In this document: positions 19,483 to 28,155 of the stretch, piece after piece
Layout: each line of letters begins with the position of its first letter
Position numbering within the stretch: the first letter of the stretch is position 1
NCBI GenBank assembly: GCA_947084835.1
Contig: CAMTUB010000014.1
Location: forward strand, 72,924-136,923
Direction: 5' to 3'
Source: an uncultured Bacteroidota bacterium
GTDB taxonomy: Bacteria > Bacteroidota > Bacteroidia > UBA7662 > CAMTUB01
DNA: 64,000 nt
Position numbers and translations under genes: made by a program
Notes under the pieces: generated by a model
What the model saw: the letters and a program-made list of their open reading frames with translations, nothing else
Told to the model about the DNA's origin: nothing
Databases searched by the model: none

Positions 19483-21585
19483 TTATAAAGATTCTAAGTA
19501 CGTGTAAATTTCTGATTGTGCACGATGTTTAATTGCATTTTCGGGCCTAATAACATAATTATTCATCTGTTTCCTATCAATGATTCTTGCCTGCACGTTA
19601 TCTGAAAGCTGTAAGTTAATTATGTGCAAAATTTCTTCTTTTAAATTTTTATCTAAGACCGGAAAAGCTGTTTCAAATCGGTTTGATAAGTTTCGATTCA
19701 TAAAATCAGCAGAAGATAAATATATTTTTTCTTGCCCTTTTGCTCCAAAAATATAAACTCTAGAATGTTCAAGCCATCGGTCAATTATACTAATAATTTG
19801 GATGTTTTCACTCATATTTTTGATTCCAGGAACTAAACAACAAATTCCACGAATTATTAATGAAATGCGAACACCAGCGTTGCTAGCTTCATACAATTTT
19901 TTAATCATTTCAACATCCGTCAATGAATTCATTTTAAGAATGATGCAAGAGTTTTCATTCTTCTTTGCTTTCTTAATTTCGCCATCTATTAAATTATAGA
20001 ATTGGTTTCTCATTGAATTTGGTGCAGTAAAAATAGTTTTTAAAGGTTTTTGAATTAAAATTTGGGTTTGTATGGAATTAAATAATTTTTCAACATCAGT
20101 TGTAATTTTCTTGTTTTTCGTTAAAATACTATCGTCACAATAAAGCTTTGCAGAAACCCCATTATAATTTCCGGTAGAAAGATGAGCGTATTTTGCAATT
20201 TCGCCCTTTTCAATTCGTGAAACTAGACACATTTTAGCATGCACTTTTTTATCGTTGAAGCTGTAAATGACTTTAGCACCGGCTTCCTCTAATTTTTGTC
20301 CCCAAAAAATATTAGTTTCTTCGTCAAATCGTGCTTTGATTTCAATCATCACGGTTACTTTTTTGCCATTTAAAACCGCAGTAATTAAGTTGTTAGCAAC
20401 CATCGAAATTTTAGCAATTCGGTATAGAGTTGTTTTTATAGATATAACATCTGGATCAATAGAGGCTTCTCTTAAAAATCGCAATACGTAATCGAAAGAC
20501 TGATAGGGATGATGCAACATTACATCTTTTTCAGAAATTGCTTCAAACACACGTTTGTGTTTTTCTAAAAAATGAATGGGTATTTGTTCAATTTCAGGAT
20601 ATTTTAAAGATTTTTTTTGAGTAATAAGCTCCGGGAATTGCATTAAATCACTTAAATTATGATACCTGCCACCAGGTATATTGCTCGAATGATTTAGCTT
20701 CATTCTTCTTTTCAATAAATGCAATAAATCTTCGGGCATATCCTTATCGTATATAAAACGTACTGGATTCCCTTTTTTTCTGTTTTTGATTCCCTTATTT
20801 ACTTTTTCGATGAAATTTTCAGATAGGTCGTGATCCAAATCTAGCTCAGCATCACGCGTAATTTTTATTGTATATGCTTCATAATCATCGAAATCAAAAC
20901 TTTCAAACAAATATTTAAGATTGTATCTGATAATATCATCCACAAACATAATATTGGTATTTATGTTGTTTATGCTGATTCTCCAAAATCGATCAATTAC
21001 ATGCGTTGGAATTTCTATCAATGCATATTTGACATTGGACTTATCATTTTTAAATGAAAGTTTTATGGCTAAATATATACGCCTGCTAGTTAATTCTGGA
21101 AACTTTTGCCTTGATGTAATGATGATTGGATTTAAATAAGGCAATATTTTGTTTCTAAATAAATTCCGAATTTCTAAGAAATTATTAGAAGGGATATCGT
21201 TTTCATTTAATAAATAAATATTGTTTTTGGCTAGTTCTTTAGCAATTTTATGATTAAAAATAAATTCGAATTTTGTTTGCAACTCTAACGTAAATTCTTG
21301 GATTTCTTTAAGTGTATGTTTGGGATTAAACATGAGTTGAGCTCTGTCAACTTTGCCATATTCGTCTACAAAACGTTGAATTGCTGCAACTCGTACTTGA
21401 AAAAACTCATCAAGGTTGGATGAAAAAATGGCTAAAAATTTAATTCTTTCCAATAATGGTACCTCATGATTATTAGCCTCTTGCAATACCCTTTCGTTAA
21501 ATTTCAACCAACTTATTTCACGGTTATAGTAATAAAAAGGGATTTTATTTTCTTTCGATACAAATAATATTCCAGGTGTTTGCAA
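19483..21585 (-). CDS. ppk1: Polyphosphate kinase 1
   Basis: 700 aa. YYNREISWLKFNERVLQEA N-terminus, KVHAKM phospho-His context, two PLD-like C-terminal domains. Confidence 0.9.
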   Translation of the reverse strand: MQTPGILFVSKENKIPFYYYNREISWLKFNERVLQEANNHEVPLLERIKFLAIFSSNLDEFFQVRVAAIQRFVDEYGKVDRAQLMFNPKHTLKEIQEFTLELQTKFEFIFNHKIAKELAKNNIYLLNENDIPSNNFLEIRNLFRNKILPYLNPIIITSRQKFPELTSRRIYLAIKLSFKNDKSNVKYALIEIPTHVIDRFWRISINNINTNIMFVDDIIRYNLKYLFESFDFDDYEAYTIKITRDAELDLDHDLSENFIEKVNKGIKNRKKGNPVRFIYDKDMPEDLLHLLKRRMKLNHSSNIPGGRYHNLSDLMQFPELITQKKSLKYPEIEQIPIHFLEKHKRVFEAISEKDVMLHHPYQSFDYVLRFLREASIDPDVISIKTTLYRIAKISMVANNLITAVLNGKKVTVMIEIKARFDEETNIFWGQKLEEAGAKVIYSFNDKKVHAKMCLVSRIEKGEIAKYAHLSTGNYNGVSAKLYCDDSILTKNKKITTDVEKLFNSIQTQILIQKPLKTIFTAPNSMRNQFYNLIDGEIKKAKKNENSCIILKMNSLTDVEMIKKLYEASNAGVRISLIIRGICCLVPGIKNMSENIQIISIIDRWLEHSRVYIFGAKGQEKIYLSSADFMNRNLSNRFETAFPVLDKNLKEEILHIINLQLSDNVQARIIDRKQMNNYVIRPENAIKHRAQSEIYTYLESL

Positions 21586-21587
21586 GG

Positions 21588-22079
21588 CTAAATCAGTTTA
21601 GGAGTAAAGTTCCATAAATACTTTGACTCATGAAAAGTAAATTCTTCCCATGAGTTTATATGCAATTCAAAAGTATTTAATTCACATGTACTTGTATGTT
21701 TTTCTTGGTTACTATTTAAATTACAAACCAAATTGGTAATTCCAGGATTATGACCAACAAGCAACAATGACTTAACATGATTAGGGGTGTTTTTTATAAA
21801 TTTAATTATTATGTTAAGGTCTGAATTGTATAGTTCTTTATAAAAATGAGTTAATTTTTCTAATTCTTGATTCCCATGAATCAATATTTCAACGGTCATT
21901 CGTGTTCTTATAGAACTGCTTGATATGATATAATCAATTTCGTAATTTTTCTTAAAAAACTCGCCCTTTAAGCTCCTAATTTGGGTTTGACCTAATGGAG
22001 ATACCGATCTATTGAAATCGTTTATTGCCGTATTTGGTGGTAGGGCATCAGCATGCCTAAGAATATGTAGCGTTTTCAT
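21588..22079 (-). CDS. Histidine phosphatase family protein (SixA-like phosphohistidine phosphatase)
   Basis: 163 aa. LHILRHADA (RH motif), SSSIRTRMT, LLVGHNPG. Confidence 0.7.
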   Translation of the reverse strand: MKTLHILRHADALPPNTAINDFNRSVSPLGQTQIRSLKGEFFKKNYEIDYIISSSSIRTRMTVEILIHGNQELEKLTHFYKELYNSDLNIIIKFIKNTPNHVKSLLLVGHNPGITNLVCNLNSNQEKHTSTCELNTFELHINSWEEFTFHESKYLWNFTPKLI

Positions 22080-22103
22080 TTATTGTGAATCAATTAAAAT
22101 GTA

Positions 22104-22111
22104 TATATTTG
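22104..22111 (+). promoter_or_regulatory. Candidate -7 box (TAnnTTTG) for the sensory-module operon
   Basis: TATATTTG lies 20 nt upstream of ATG 22132. Confidence 0.35.
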
Positions 22112-22131
22112 CAATATATAATAAATATACT

Positions 22132-22437
22132 ATGAATTTTGAAAATATTGGAGAATCAATCTCTTTAACCGAAGCCTTAGAAAAAGTAGCACTTTATCGC
22201 GAGGCATATCCCTCAACAACCAATGCAGTTATGTTTACTAGAGATCAAATTGACGAAATTTTAGAACAAAAAGACTGCATAGGATTACGTATTTATTTTG
22301 CGAAAGATGAAGGTTCTAGTTTGAACACCCTAGTATTGGTTGGTACAGATTCTGAAGGCAATGATTTATTAGAGGTTATTAAAAACAGAGGAGAAATGTC
22401 TCCACCTTATTCTAATTATTCAAGTCTATTAAAATAG
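22132..22437 (+). CDS. Hypothetical soluble protein (101 aa)
   Basis: The track ORF starts at 22012 inside the sixA-like gene. ATG 22132 follows the promoter box. No motif recognised. Confidence 0.5.
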   Translation: MNFENIGESISLTEALEKVALYREAYPSTTNAVMFTRDQIDEILEQKDCIGLRIYFAKDEGSSLNTLVLVGTDSEGNDLLEVIKNRGEMSPPYSNYSSLLK

Positions 22438-22443
22438 TTTTGA

Positions 22444-23118
22444 TTGTATTATACTATATTATATTCTAGCTACATTCCATTAATACTGGCTTTAATTTTT
22501 AGTTTTTTAAAGGTGAAAAGTCCTTTAAAAAAAGCTATATTAAATTTAATTCTTTTTAACTGTATAATGGGTTATTTATTACATTTCTTTTCATTATTGA
22601 TTGGAAATAATATTTTTTTACATAATTATTATATGCAAATTGAGTTTTTGGTTGTTTCTCAGTTTCTAATTTTAGATGGGAATTCGTTTGTAACCAAGAA
22701 AAACTATTTGTATTTATTTGTTTGCTTTAATATTGTTGAATATTTGATTAGAAGGTTTATTACACATCAAGATGTTTTTCACTTGAATCAGGGAATTACT
22801 CTGTTTATGTATGTTTTTAATTTTATTTTAATATTTAACTATTATTATAATAAATTAAAATCAATTAATAATAATGAGAAAATACAATCGAATCCAATTT
22901 TTTGGGTAATTACAATTATGTTTCTAAATTACTCTTTTGCGTTTTTATTTGACGTATTTGGGCATAGTGATACAATTTTTAAAATTGCGTTTTATTCATT
23001 TTACTCCCATTTAAACGTGTTTTATCATACTTCAATTGCTGTTGCATTTTTTGTATTTATCCCCATAAAAGAAAAATATAGAAAGCTATTTGTATTTAAT
23101 AATATTATAAAATCATGA
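22444..23118 (+). CDS. Integral membrane protein, ~7 predicted TM helices (putative sensor partner of the downstream kinase)
   Basis: 224 aa with a TTG start. Seven hydrophobic stretches by eye. Its stop overlaps the kinase ATG (ATGA). Confidence 0.55.
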   Translation: MYYTILYSSYIPLILALIFSFLKVKSPLKKAILNLILFNCIMGYLLHFFSLLIGNNIFLHNYYMQIEFLVVSQFLILDGNSFVTKKNYLYLFVCFNIVEYLIRRFITHQDVFHLNQGITLFMYVFNFILIFNYYYNKLKSINNNEKIQSNPIFWVITIMFLNYSFAFLFDVFGHSDTIFKIAFYSFYSHLNVFYHTSIAVAFFVFIPIKEKYRKLFVFNNIIKS

Positions 23119-23900
23119 ATGAAATTCAATTAGCAATAGGTATAGCTTTCTTTTTTGGATTATTTGGCGCTGCTATTATACTTTTTATATTATATCATAA
23201 TAAAAAAACCATTCAGTTTTTAAATGAAAAACAAATTGCCGAACAAACCTTTAAAAATAAATTATTAGAATCAATAATTAAATCTGAGGAAGATGAACGC
23301 AAAAGAATTGCAGAAGATATACATGATGGAATTGGGCCAGTTATTTCCGTAATTAAATTTTCATTGGAAAACTTGATTTCTGAATCAACCGATGATTCTG
23401 CCTCCAAACTTTTAAGCAAAACCCACGATAATATTTCAAACCTTATGCTTGATTTGCGCAAAGTATATAAAAAAATCTTACCAAATACACTTGAAAATGA
23501 TGGACTAATAACGGCATTAGAGCAATATTGTGAAACTATCTACAATTCAAAAGGCATAATTTTTAATATGTCAAGTATAGGTGTCGAATATAATTTAAAT
23601 CTTCAAAAAATGGTATTGTTATTCAGAGTTTGTCAAGAGGTATTGCATAATATTCTTAAATATTCTGAGGCAACTGAAGTTAATGTACATGTTGAAGTGA
23701 AAGAAGCTGGCTTTTTTATTGAAATTCACGATAATGGAATTGGTTTTTCACAAGAATCGTTTAATAGTAAATTAAATTCACAAAAGGGATTTGGTTTAAA
23801 AAGTATTCAAAATAGATTGCAATTAATTAATGGAAACATTAAATTCGAATTATTAAATTTAAAAGGTACTAGAACAACAATTATTGCCGATATTTGTTAA
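23115..23900 (+). CDS. Sensor histidine kinase (HisKA_3 / HATPase_c, NarX/DegS class)
   Basis: One N-terminal TM helix, H-box EDERKRIAEDIHDGIGP, HDNGIGF, GFGLKSIQNRL. Confidence 0.85.
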   Translation: MNEIQLAIGIAFFFGLFGAAIILFILYHNKKTIQFLNEKQIAEQTFKNKLLESIIKSEEDERKRIAEDIHDGIGPVISVIKFSLENLISESTDDSASKLLSKTHDNISNLMLDLRKVYKKILPNTLENDGLITALEQYCETIYNSKGIIFNMSSIGVEYNLNLQKMVLLFRVCQEVLHNILKYSEATEVNVHVEVKEAGFFIEIHDNGIGFSQESFNSKLNSQKGFGLKSIQNRLQLINGNIKFELLNLKGTRTTIIADIC

Positions 23901-23915
23901 TATAAAAAATTTGTT

Positions 23916-24578
23916 ATGATTAAAGATATTATTAACGTTGCAATAGCTGATGACCATGAGTTATTTAGAAAAGGATTGCAAACTGCATTTAAATCCAATA
24001 GTCAATTTAAGATTTTGTTTGAAGCTAGTGATGGTATTGATTTACTATCAAAAATAGAATTTCAAAAAGGGAAAGTGGATGTAATTTTATTGGATATTAG
24101 GATGCCGAATTTAGATGGATCTGAAGCAACAATACTTATTAAACAAAAATATCCCTTGATTAAAATATTGATTTTATCTATGTATGATGATTATAAATCA
24201 ATAGCAAATCTAGTATTAAAAGGGGCAAATGGGTATTTGTTAAAAGATTCTACGGGTGAAGATATTTTAAAAGCAATTAAACACGTCCACATGCACGGTT
24301 TTTATGGGACTGAAATTGTAGATAATGCATTAGCTAGTTTTCATGATATTGATAGAAAAGAAATATTACATAATTTTAATAAAAAACCATTAAATGAACA
24401 AGAAAAAAAAGTAATGAAGTTTATCTGTGAAGAAAAATCCTCGGCAGAAATTGCAGAGATTTTATGTTTGAGTGCTAGAACAATTGAGGGCATCAGATTG
24501 AAAATAATGAAAAAGATAGGCGTTAAAAATGCAGCAGGTTTAGTGAAATACGCATTACATGAAAATTTAAATAGTTAG
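23916..24578 (+). CDS. Response regulator, NarL/LuxR family
   Basis: REC domain (DVILLDIRMPNLDG) plus a LuxR HTH (SSAEIAEILCLSARTIEGIRLKIMKKIG). Confidence 0.9.
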   Translation: MIKDIINVAIADDHELFRKGLQTAFKSNSQFKILFEASDGIDLLSKIEFQKGKVDVILLDIRMPNLDGSEATILIKQKYPLIKILILSMYDDYKSIANLVLKGANGYLLKDSTGEDILKAIKHVHMHGFYGTEIVDNALASFHDIDRKEILHNFNKKPLNEQEKKVMKFICEEKSSAEIAEILCLSARTIEGIRLKIMKKIGVKNAAGLVKYALHENLNS

Positions 24579-25034
24579 ATCCACTAATAATTTTTCACAT
24601 CCAATCTGAATTAATTCATAAACTTTTTCAAATCCTTTTTGATCTCCATAGTAGGGGTCAGGTACTTCCTTATTTAATAGGTCAGTGTTTTCTAATAGCA
24701 AATTAGTTTTATGAATGGATAGGTTGTGTTTGTGCAGAAGATTTTGAACATTAAGAAGATTTTCTTTATCCATAACTGTTAATAAATCAAAATCTGAAAG
24801 GTCTTTTACAGTTAATTGCCTAGCTAAATGATTTAATTTTATGTTGTTGTCATGCGCGACTTTTATGCTTCTAGGGTCTGGTTTTTCGCCTTCATGATAA
24901 CTGCCTGATGTGCCACAAGAATCAACCAAGAAATTGTTTTGTAGATTTTGATTGCTGATCAGATTATTAAAAATGCCTTCTGCTAGAGGTGATCTACAAA
25001 TATTTCCTAAGCAAATAAATAAGACTTTATGCAT
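24567..25034 (-). CDS. Low-molecular-weight protein-tyrosine phosphatase
   Basis: VLFICLGNICRSPLAEG P-loop (CX5R) and a C-terminal DPYYG. Confidence 0.85.
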   Translation of the reverse strand: MHKVLFICLGNICRSPLAEGIFNNLISNQNLQNNFLVDSCGTSGSYHEGEKPDPRSIKVAHDNNIKLNHLARQLTVKDLSDFDLLTVMDKENLLNVQNLLHKHNLSIHKTNLLLENTDLLNKEVPDPYYGDQKGFEKVYELIQIGCEKLLVDLTI

Positions 25035-25062
25035 CGTATTAAAATGAGCACAAGTTTAATGT

Positions 25063-25070
25063 TAACTTTG
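25063..25070 (+). promoter_or_regulatory. Candidate -7 box (TAnnTTTG) upstream of the EEP gene
   Basis: TAACTTTG lies 17 nt upstream of ATG 25088. Confidence 0.3.
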
Positions 25071-25087
25071 CAAAAATTTATATAAGG

Positions 25088-26104
25088 ATGCGTATTTTAA
25101 CGTTTATAATCGGGTTAATTTTTACCCTAAAGGTATCAGCTCAGGTTGATCAGAAACTGCTTTTTGCACAGTACAATGTCGAGAATTTATTTGATTATGT
25201 TAATGATCCAAACAAAATGGATGAAGAATTTTTGCCTTCGTCAAAACTAGAATGGAACAAAGATAAATATCAAGCTAAGTTGTTAAATATTAGCAAAGTG
25301 CTTGCTTCTATGAACGATGGTAAAGGACCTGATTTTGTTACCTTTTGCGAAGTTGAAAACGCTAAAGTATTAAAAGATCTATTTAAAACACCCCTTTTGA
25401 AATCGTCAAAATACGATGTTGTGCATTTTGAAGGACCCGATGTTAGAAGCATTGATGTAGCCTTAGGTTATAAAAAAGGTGTTTTTAAGCCTTATAAATC
25501 AGTTCCATATACTGTTAGTTTAAGCTATGAGCAAAGCTTCAAAACAAGATATGTGTTATTAGTAAGTGGGATTGTTAATGGTAAAGATACTTTACATGTA
25601 CTAGCAAATCATTGGCCTAGTCGCAGAGGTGGTCAAGAAGAATCTAATGAAAAGCGAATGGCAGCAGCTTTAGTTGCTAAACATATTACAGACTCTTTAT
25701 TTGCAAGAAATCCGTTTGCTTCGATTGTCGTTGCAGGTGATTTTAACGATGAGCCCGAAGATAAATCGTTGTTGGAAGGGTTAAAAGCATCTACTAAAGA
25801 GAGCTTTTCTCCAAATTACCTGTATAATCTTTTTTATAATCAGAGTATGAAAGGTGTTGGTTCTCATTGTTATAAAAATGAATGGTCTATGTTAGATCAA
25901 ATTATTGTTTCTGGTGCAATGCTATCTCCATTATCAAGAATATATGTAGATCTAACTTCTGCAGCTGTTTACTCTCAACCTTGGATGCTAGAATCTGATC
26001 CTAAATTTTCAGGTCAGCCTTTTAGAACCTATGTTGGACAGAGGTATTTAGGTGGATATTCAGATCACCTGCCGGTTGTAGTAAACATATTTGTTAAAAA
26101 ATAA
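25088..26104 (+). CDS. Endonuclease/exonuclease/phosphatase (EEP) family protein, secreted
   Basis: Signal peptide MRILTFIIGLIFTLKVSAQ. YNVENLF, FCEVEN, GDFND and SDHLPV motifs. Confidence 0.75.
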   Translation: MRILTFIIGLIFTLKVSAQVDQKLLFAQYNVENLFDYVNDPNKMDEEFLPSSKLEWNKDKYQAKLLNISKVLASMNDGKGPDFVTFCEVENAKVLKDLFKTPLLKSSKYDVVHFEGPDVRSIDVALGYKKGVFKPYKSVPYTVSLSYEQSFKTRYVLLVSGIVNGKDTLHVLANHWPSRRGGQEESNEKRMAAALVAKHITDSLFARNPFASIVVAGDFNDEPEDKSLLEGLKASTKESFSPNYLYNLFYNQSMKGVGSHCYKNEWSMLDQIIVSGAMLSPLSRIYVDLTSAAVYSQPWMLESDPKFSGQPFRTYVGQRYLGGYSDHLPVVVNIFVKK

Positions 26105-26106
26105 AC

Positions 26107-26832
26107 ATGGAGTGGTTTTCAAGTTGGTTTGATTCTAAATATCATAGGATATTGTATAATCATAGAAATATAGATGAGGCCACTTTGTTTATCAATAAAC
26201 TATTTAGCCATTTATCTCCAGCTCCGGGCACAAAAGTGCTTGATTTGGCTTCTGGTGATGGTAGACATAGTATTTCAATATCAAAATTAGGGTTTGATGT
26301 AACCGGACTTGAGCTTACTGAACTAAATGTGAATCAGGCTAAAAAATTTGAAAATGAAAAATTACGCTTTATAAAAAGCGACATGCGAATACCTTTTTCA
26401 AACAATAAATATGATTTAATTGTAAATCTTTTTACCAGTTTTGGATACTTTGACGATGATTCAGAAGATATAAAAGTTTTAGAAAATGTGGTGGATGCAT
26501 TATTGCCAAATGGCATTTTTGTTATCGATTTTTTAAATGCAAAAAAAGTAAAAAGCAATCTTGTAAGTAAAGAGCAAGTGATAAAAGAGGGTGTTTTATT
26601 TAATATTAGCCGTTCATTTGAAAAAGGTTTTATCCGTAAAAACATTGAAGTAATTGACGGTGCAAATACCCTTAATTTCTCTGAAAAAGTTAGAGGATTT
26701 ATTTTTGAGGATTTTAAGACAATTTTCGGGAAGGTAGGTTTAGAAATAAATGAAGTTTTCGGGTCTTATTCGCTGTCTGAATTTGATGAATATGAGTCGG
26801 ATAGGTTAATAATTATTGCATGCAAGAAATAA
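26107..26832 (+). CDS. Class I SAM-dependent methyltransferase
   Basis: VLDLASGDGRHS (motif I), then a Rossmann-like pattern. Confidence 0.8.
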   Translation: MEWFSSWFDSKYHRILYNHRNIDEATLFINKLFSHLSPAPGTKVLDLASGDGRHSISISKLGFDVTGLELTELNVNQAKKFENEKLRFIKSDMRIPFSNNKYDLIVNLFTSFGYFDDDSEDIKVLENVVDALLPNGIFVIDFLNAKKVKSNLVSKEQVIKEGVLFNISRSFEKGFIRKNIEVIDGANTLNFSEKVRGFIFEDFKTIFGKVGLEINEVFGSYSLSEFDEYESDRLIIIACKK

Positions 26833-27392
26833 TAAACCGTATTTTATTTTTAGATAAATGGTTATTTCTTCAAATCAACAGAGGATTTGAAAACAGTTTA
26901 TTTGATTTTATTGCCGTTTATTTTAGGAATCCAGGATTTTGGATTCCTGTTTATGGATTTATTATAACACAAATTATCTTAAATAGTGGAAAGAAAGGAT
27001 TAAGTCTGCTTGGAGTGCTTCTTTTGACTTTTTTGTTAACAGATCAAGTTAGCTCATCCGTGATAAAACCTCTTTTTCATCGCCTTAGACCATGCAATGA
27101 TTCAGAAATGTTGCCTTATTTAGTGTCAAGGATAAAGTGTGGTAGTGGATATAGTTTTGTATCCTCACATGCAGCAAATCATTTTGGCATTTCTATATTT
27201 TTAGGAAATACGTTCTATAAAACAACTATTTTTAAATATTTACTATTGTTTTGGGCTTTTGCTGTTTCATTTTCACAAGTTTATGTGGGTGTACATTTTC
27301 CATTAGATATTTTTTTTGGGGGTACTCTTGGGATATTAATCGCTTTTTTTACTTCAAAATTGTATAATAAAAATATTTCCAAAATAGTATGA
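26820..27392 (+). CDS. PAP2 family phosphatase (membrane)
   Basis: KPLFHRLRP ... SFVSSHAANHF ... GVHFPLD, the three PAP2 motifs. Confidence 0.8.
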   Translation: MQEIINRILFLDKWLFLQINRGFENSLFDFIAVYFRNPGFWIPVYGFIITQIILNSGKKGLSLLGVLLLTFLLTDQVSSSVIKPLFHRLRPCNDSEMLPYLVSRIKCGSGYSFVSSHAANHFGISIFLGNTFYKTTIFKYLLLFWAFAVSFSQVYVGVHFPLDIFFGGTLGILIAFFTSKLYNKNISKIV

Positions 27393-28144
27393 TGGCGTAT
27401 TGGTGGATGTTGGTAATTCCCTTGTTAGGAGGGCTCTTAGCTTTAATGGTTAAACCAAACCAAGTTAAGCTTTTGCAATTATTATTAACTGTAAGTGGTG
27501 GCTATTTATTTGCAACAACAATTTTACATTTATTGCCTGAAAATTTGCACGATGGAAATACCCTAGCGAAACTTTTTGTTTTGATTGGTTTTTTTCTGCA
27601 AATGATTTTGGAAAAAATGAGCGAAGGGGTAGAGCACGGCCATTTGCATTTCGATGCTCCCTACGGCCATGACCATGGCCACGACCATTCGCACTATCAT
27701 AAAAAAGGTGGTTTGTTGACTTTTGGAATATTATTTAGCTTAGGAATTCATTCTTTTATAGAGGGTATCCCTATTAATGGTCCATTTGCAACCGATTCAA
27801 ATTTGTTAACTAACCATTTGTTTATGGGTGTTGTTCTTCATAAGTTTCCAACTGCATTTGCCATGATTACGGTTATTAAACAGGCAACAAAAAATAACTA
27901 TCAAAATTTAATTTTATTGGGTGTTTATATGATTATGACTCCAGTTGGAATGATGGTTGGAAAATTTTTGTATAGTAGCAATCCGGAAACGAACACTGTT
28001 TTCCAGTTATTTAGCGCTGCAGCAGCTGGTTCTTTTTTGCATATTTCAACTACTATCTTTTTCGAATCTACCCACAATCATAATTTAAATGTAACCAAAC
28101 TTATTGCTGCTTTTTTAGGAGCAATTTTAGTTTTATTGACTTAA
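27389..28144 (+). CDS. ZIP family metal transporter
   Basis: Multi-TM with a His-rich loop HGHLHFDAPYGHDHGHDHSHYH and HSFIEG / HKFP motifs. Confidence 0.8.
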   Translation: MMAYWWMLVIPLLGGLLALMVKPNQVKLLQLLLTVSGGYLFATTILHLLPENLHDGNTLAKLFVLIGFFLQMILEKMSEGVEHGHLHFDAPYGHDHGHDHSHYHKKGGLLTFGILFSLGIHSFIEGIPINGPFATDSNLLTNHLFMGVVLHKFPTAFAMITVIKQATKNNYQNLILLGVYMIMTPVGMMVGKFLYSSNPETNTVFQLFSAAAAGSFLHISTTIFFESTHNHNLNVTKLIAAFLGAILVLLT

Positions 28145-28155
28145 TCTTAATAAAT

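Noticed and set aside
22012-22131. 40-aa N-terminal extension of the 141-aa ORF overlapping the sixA-like gene
   Set aside because: It would overlap the divergent sixA-like coding region by 68 nt and contains the TAnnTTTG promoter box. ATG 22132 is the sensible start.
26334-26645. 103-aa ORF antisense inside the methyltransferase gene
   Set aside because: It is antisense to a gene with clear SAM-binding motifs and shows no features of its own.
27636-27703. Run of CAT/CAC/GGC/GAC codons that looks like a short tandem DNA repeat
   Set aside because: It encodes the His-rich cytoplasmic loop (HGHLHFDAPYGHDHGHDHSHYH) typical of ZIP transporters, so it is not a non-coding repeat.
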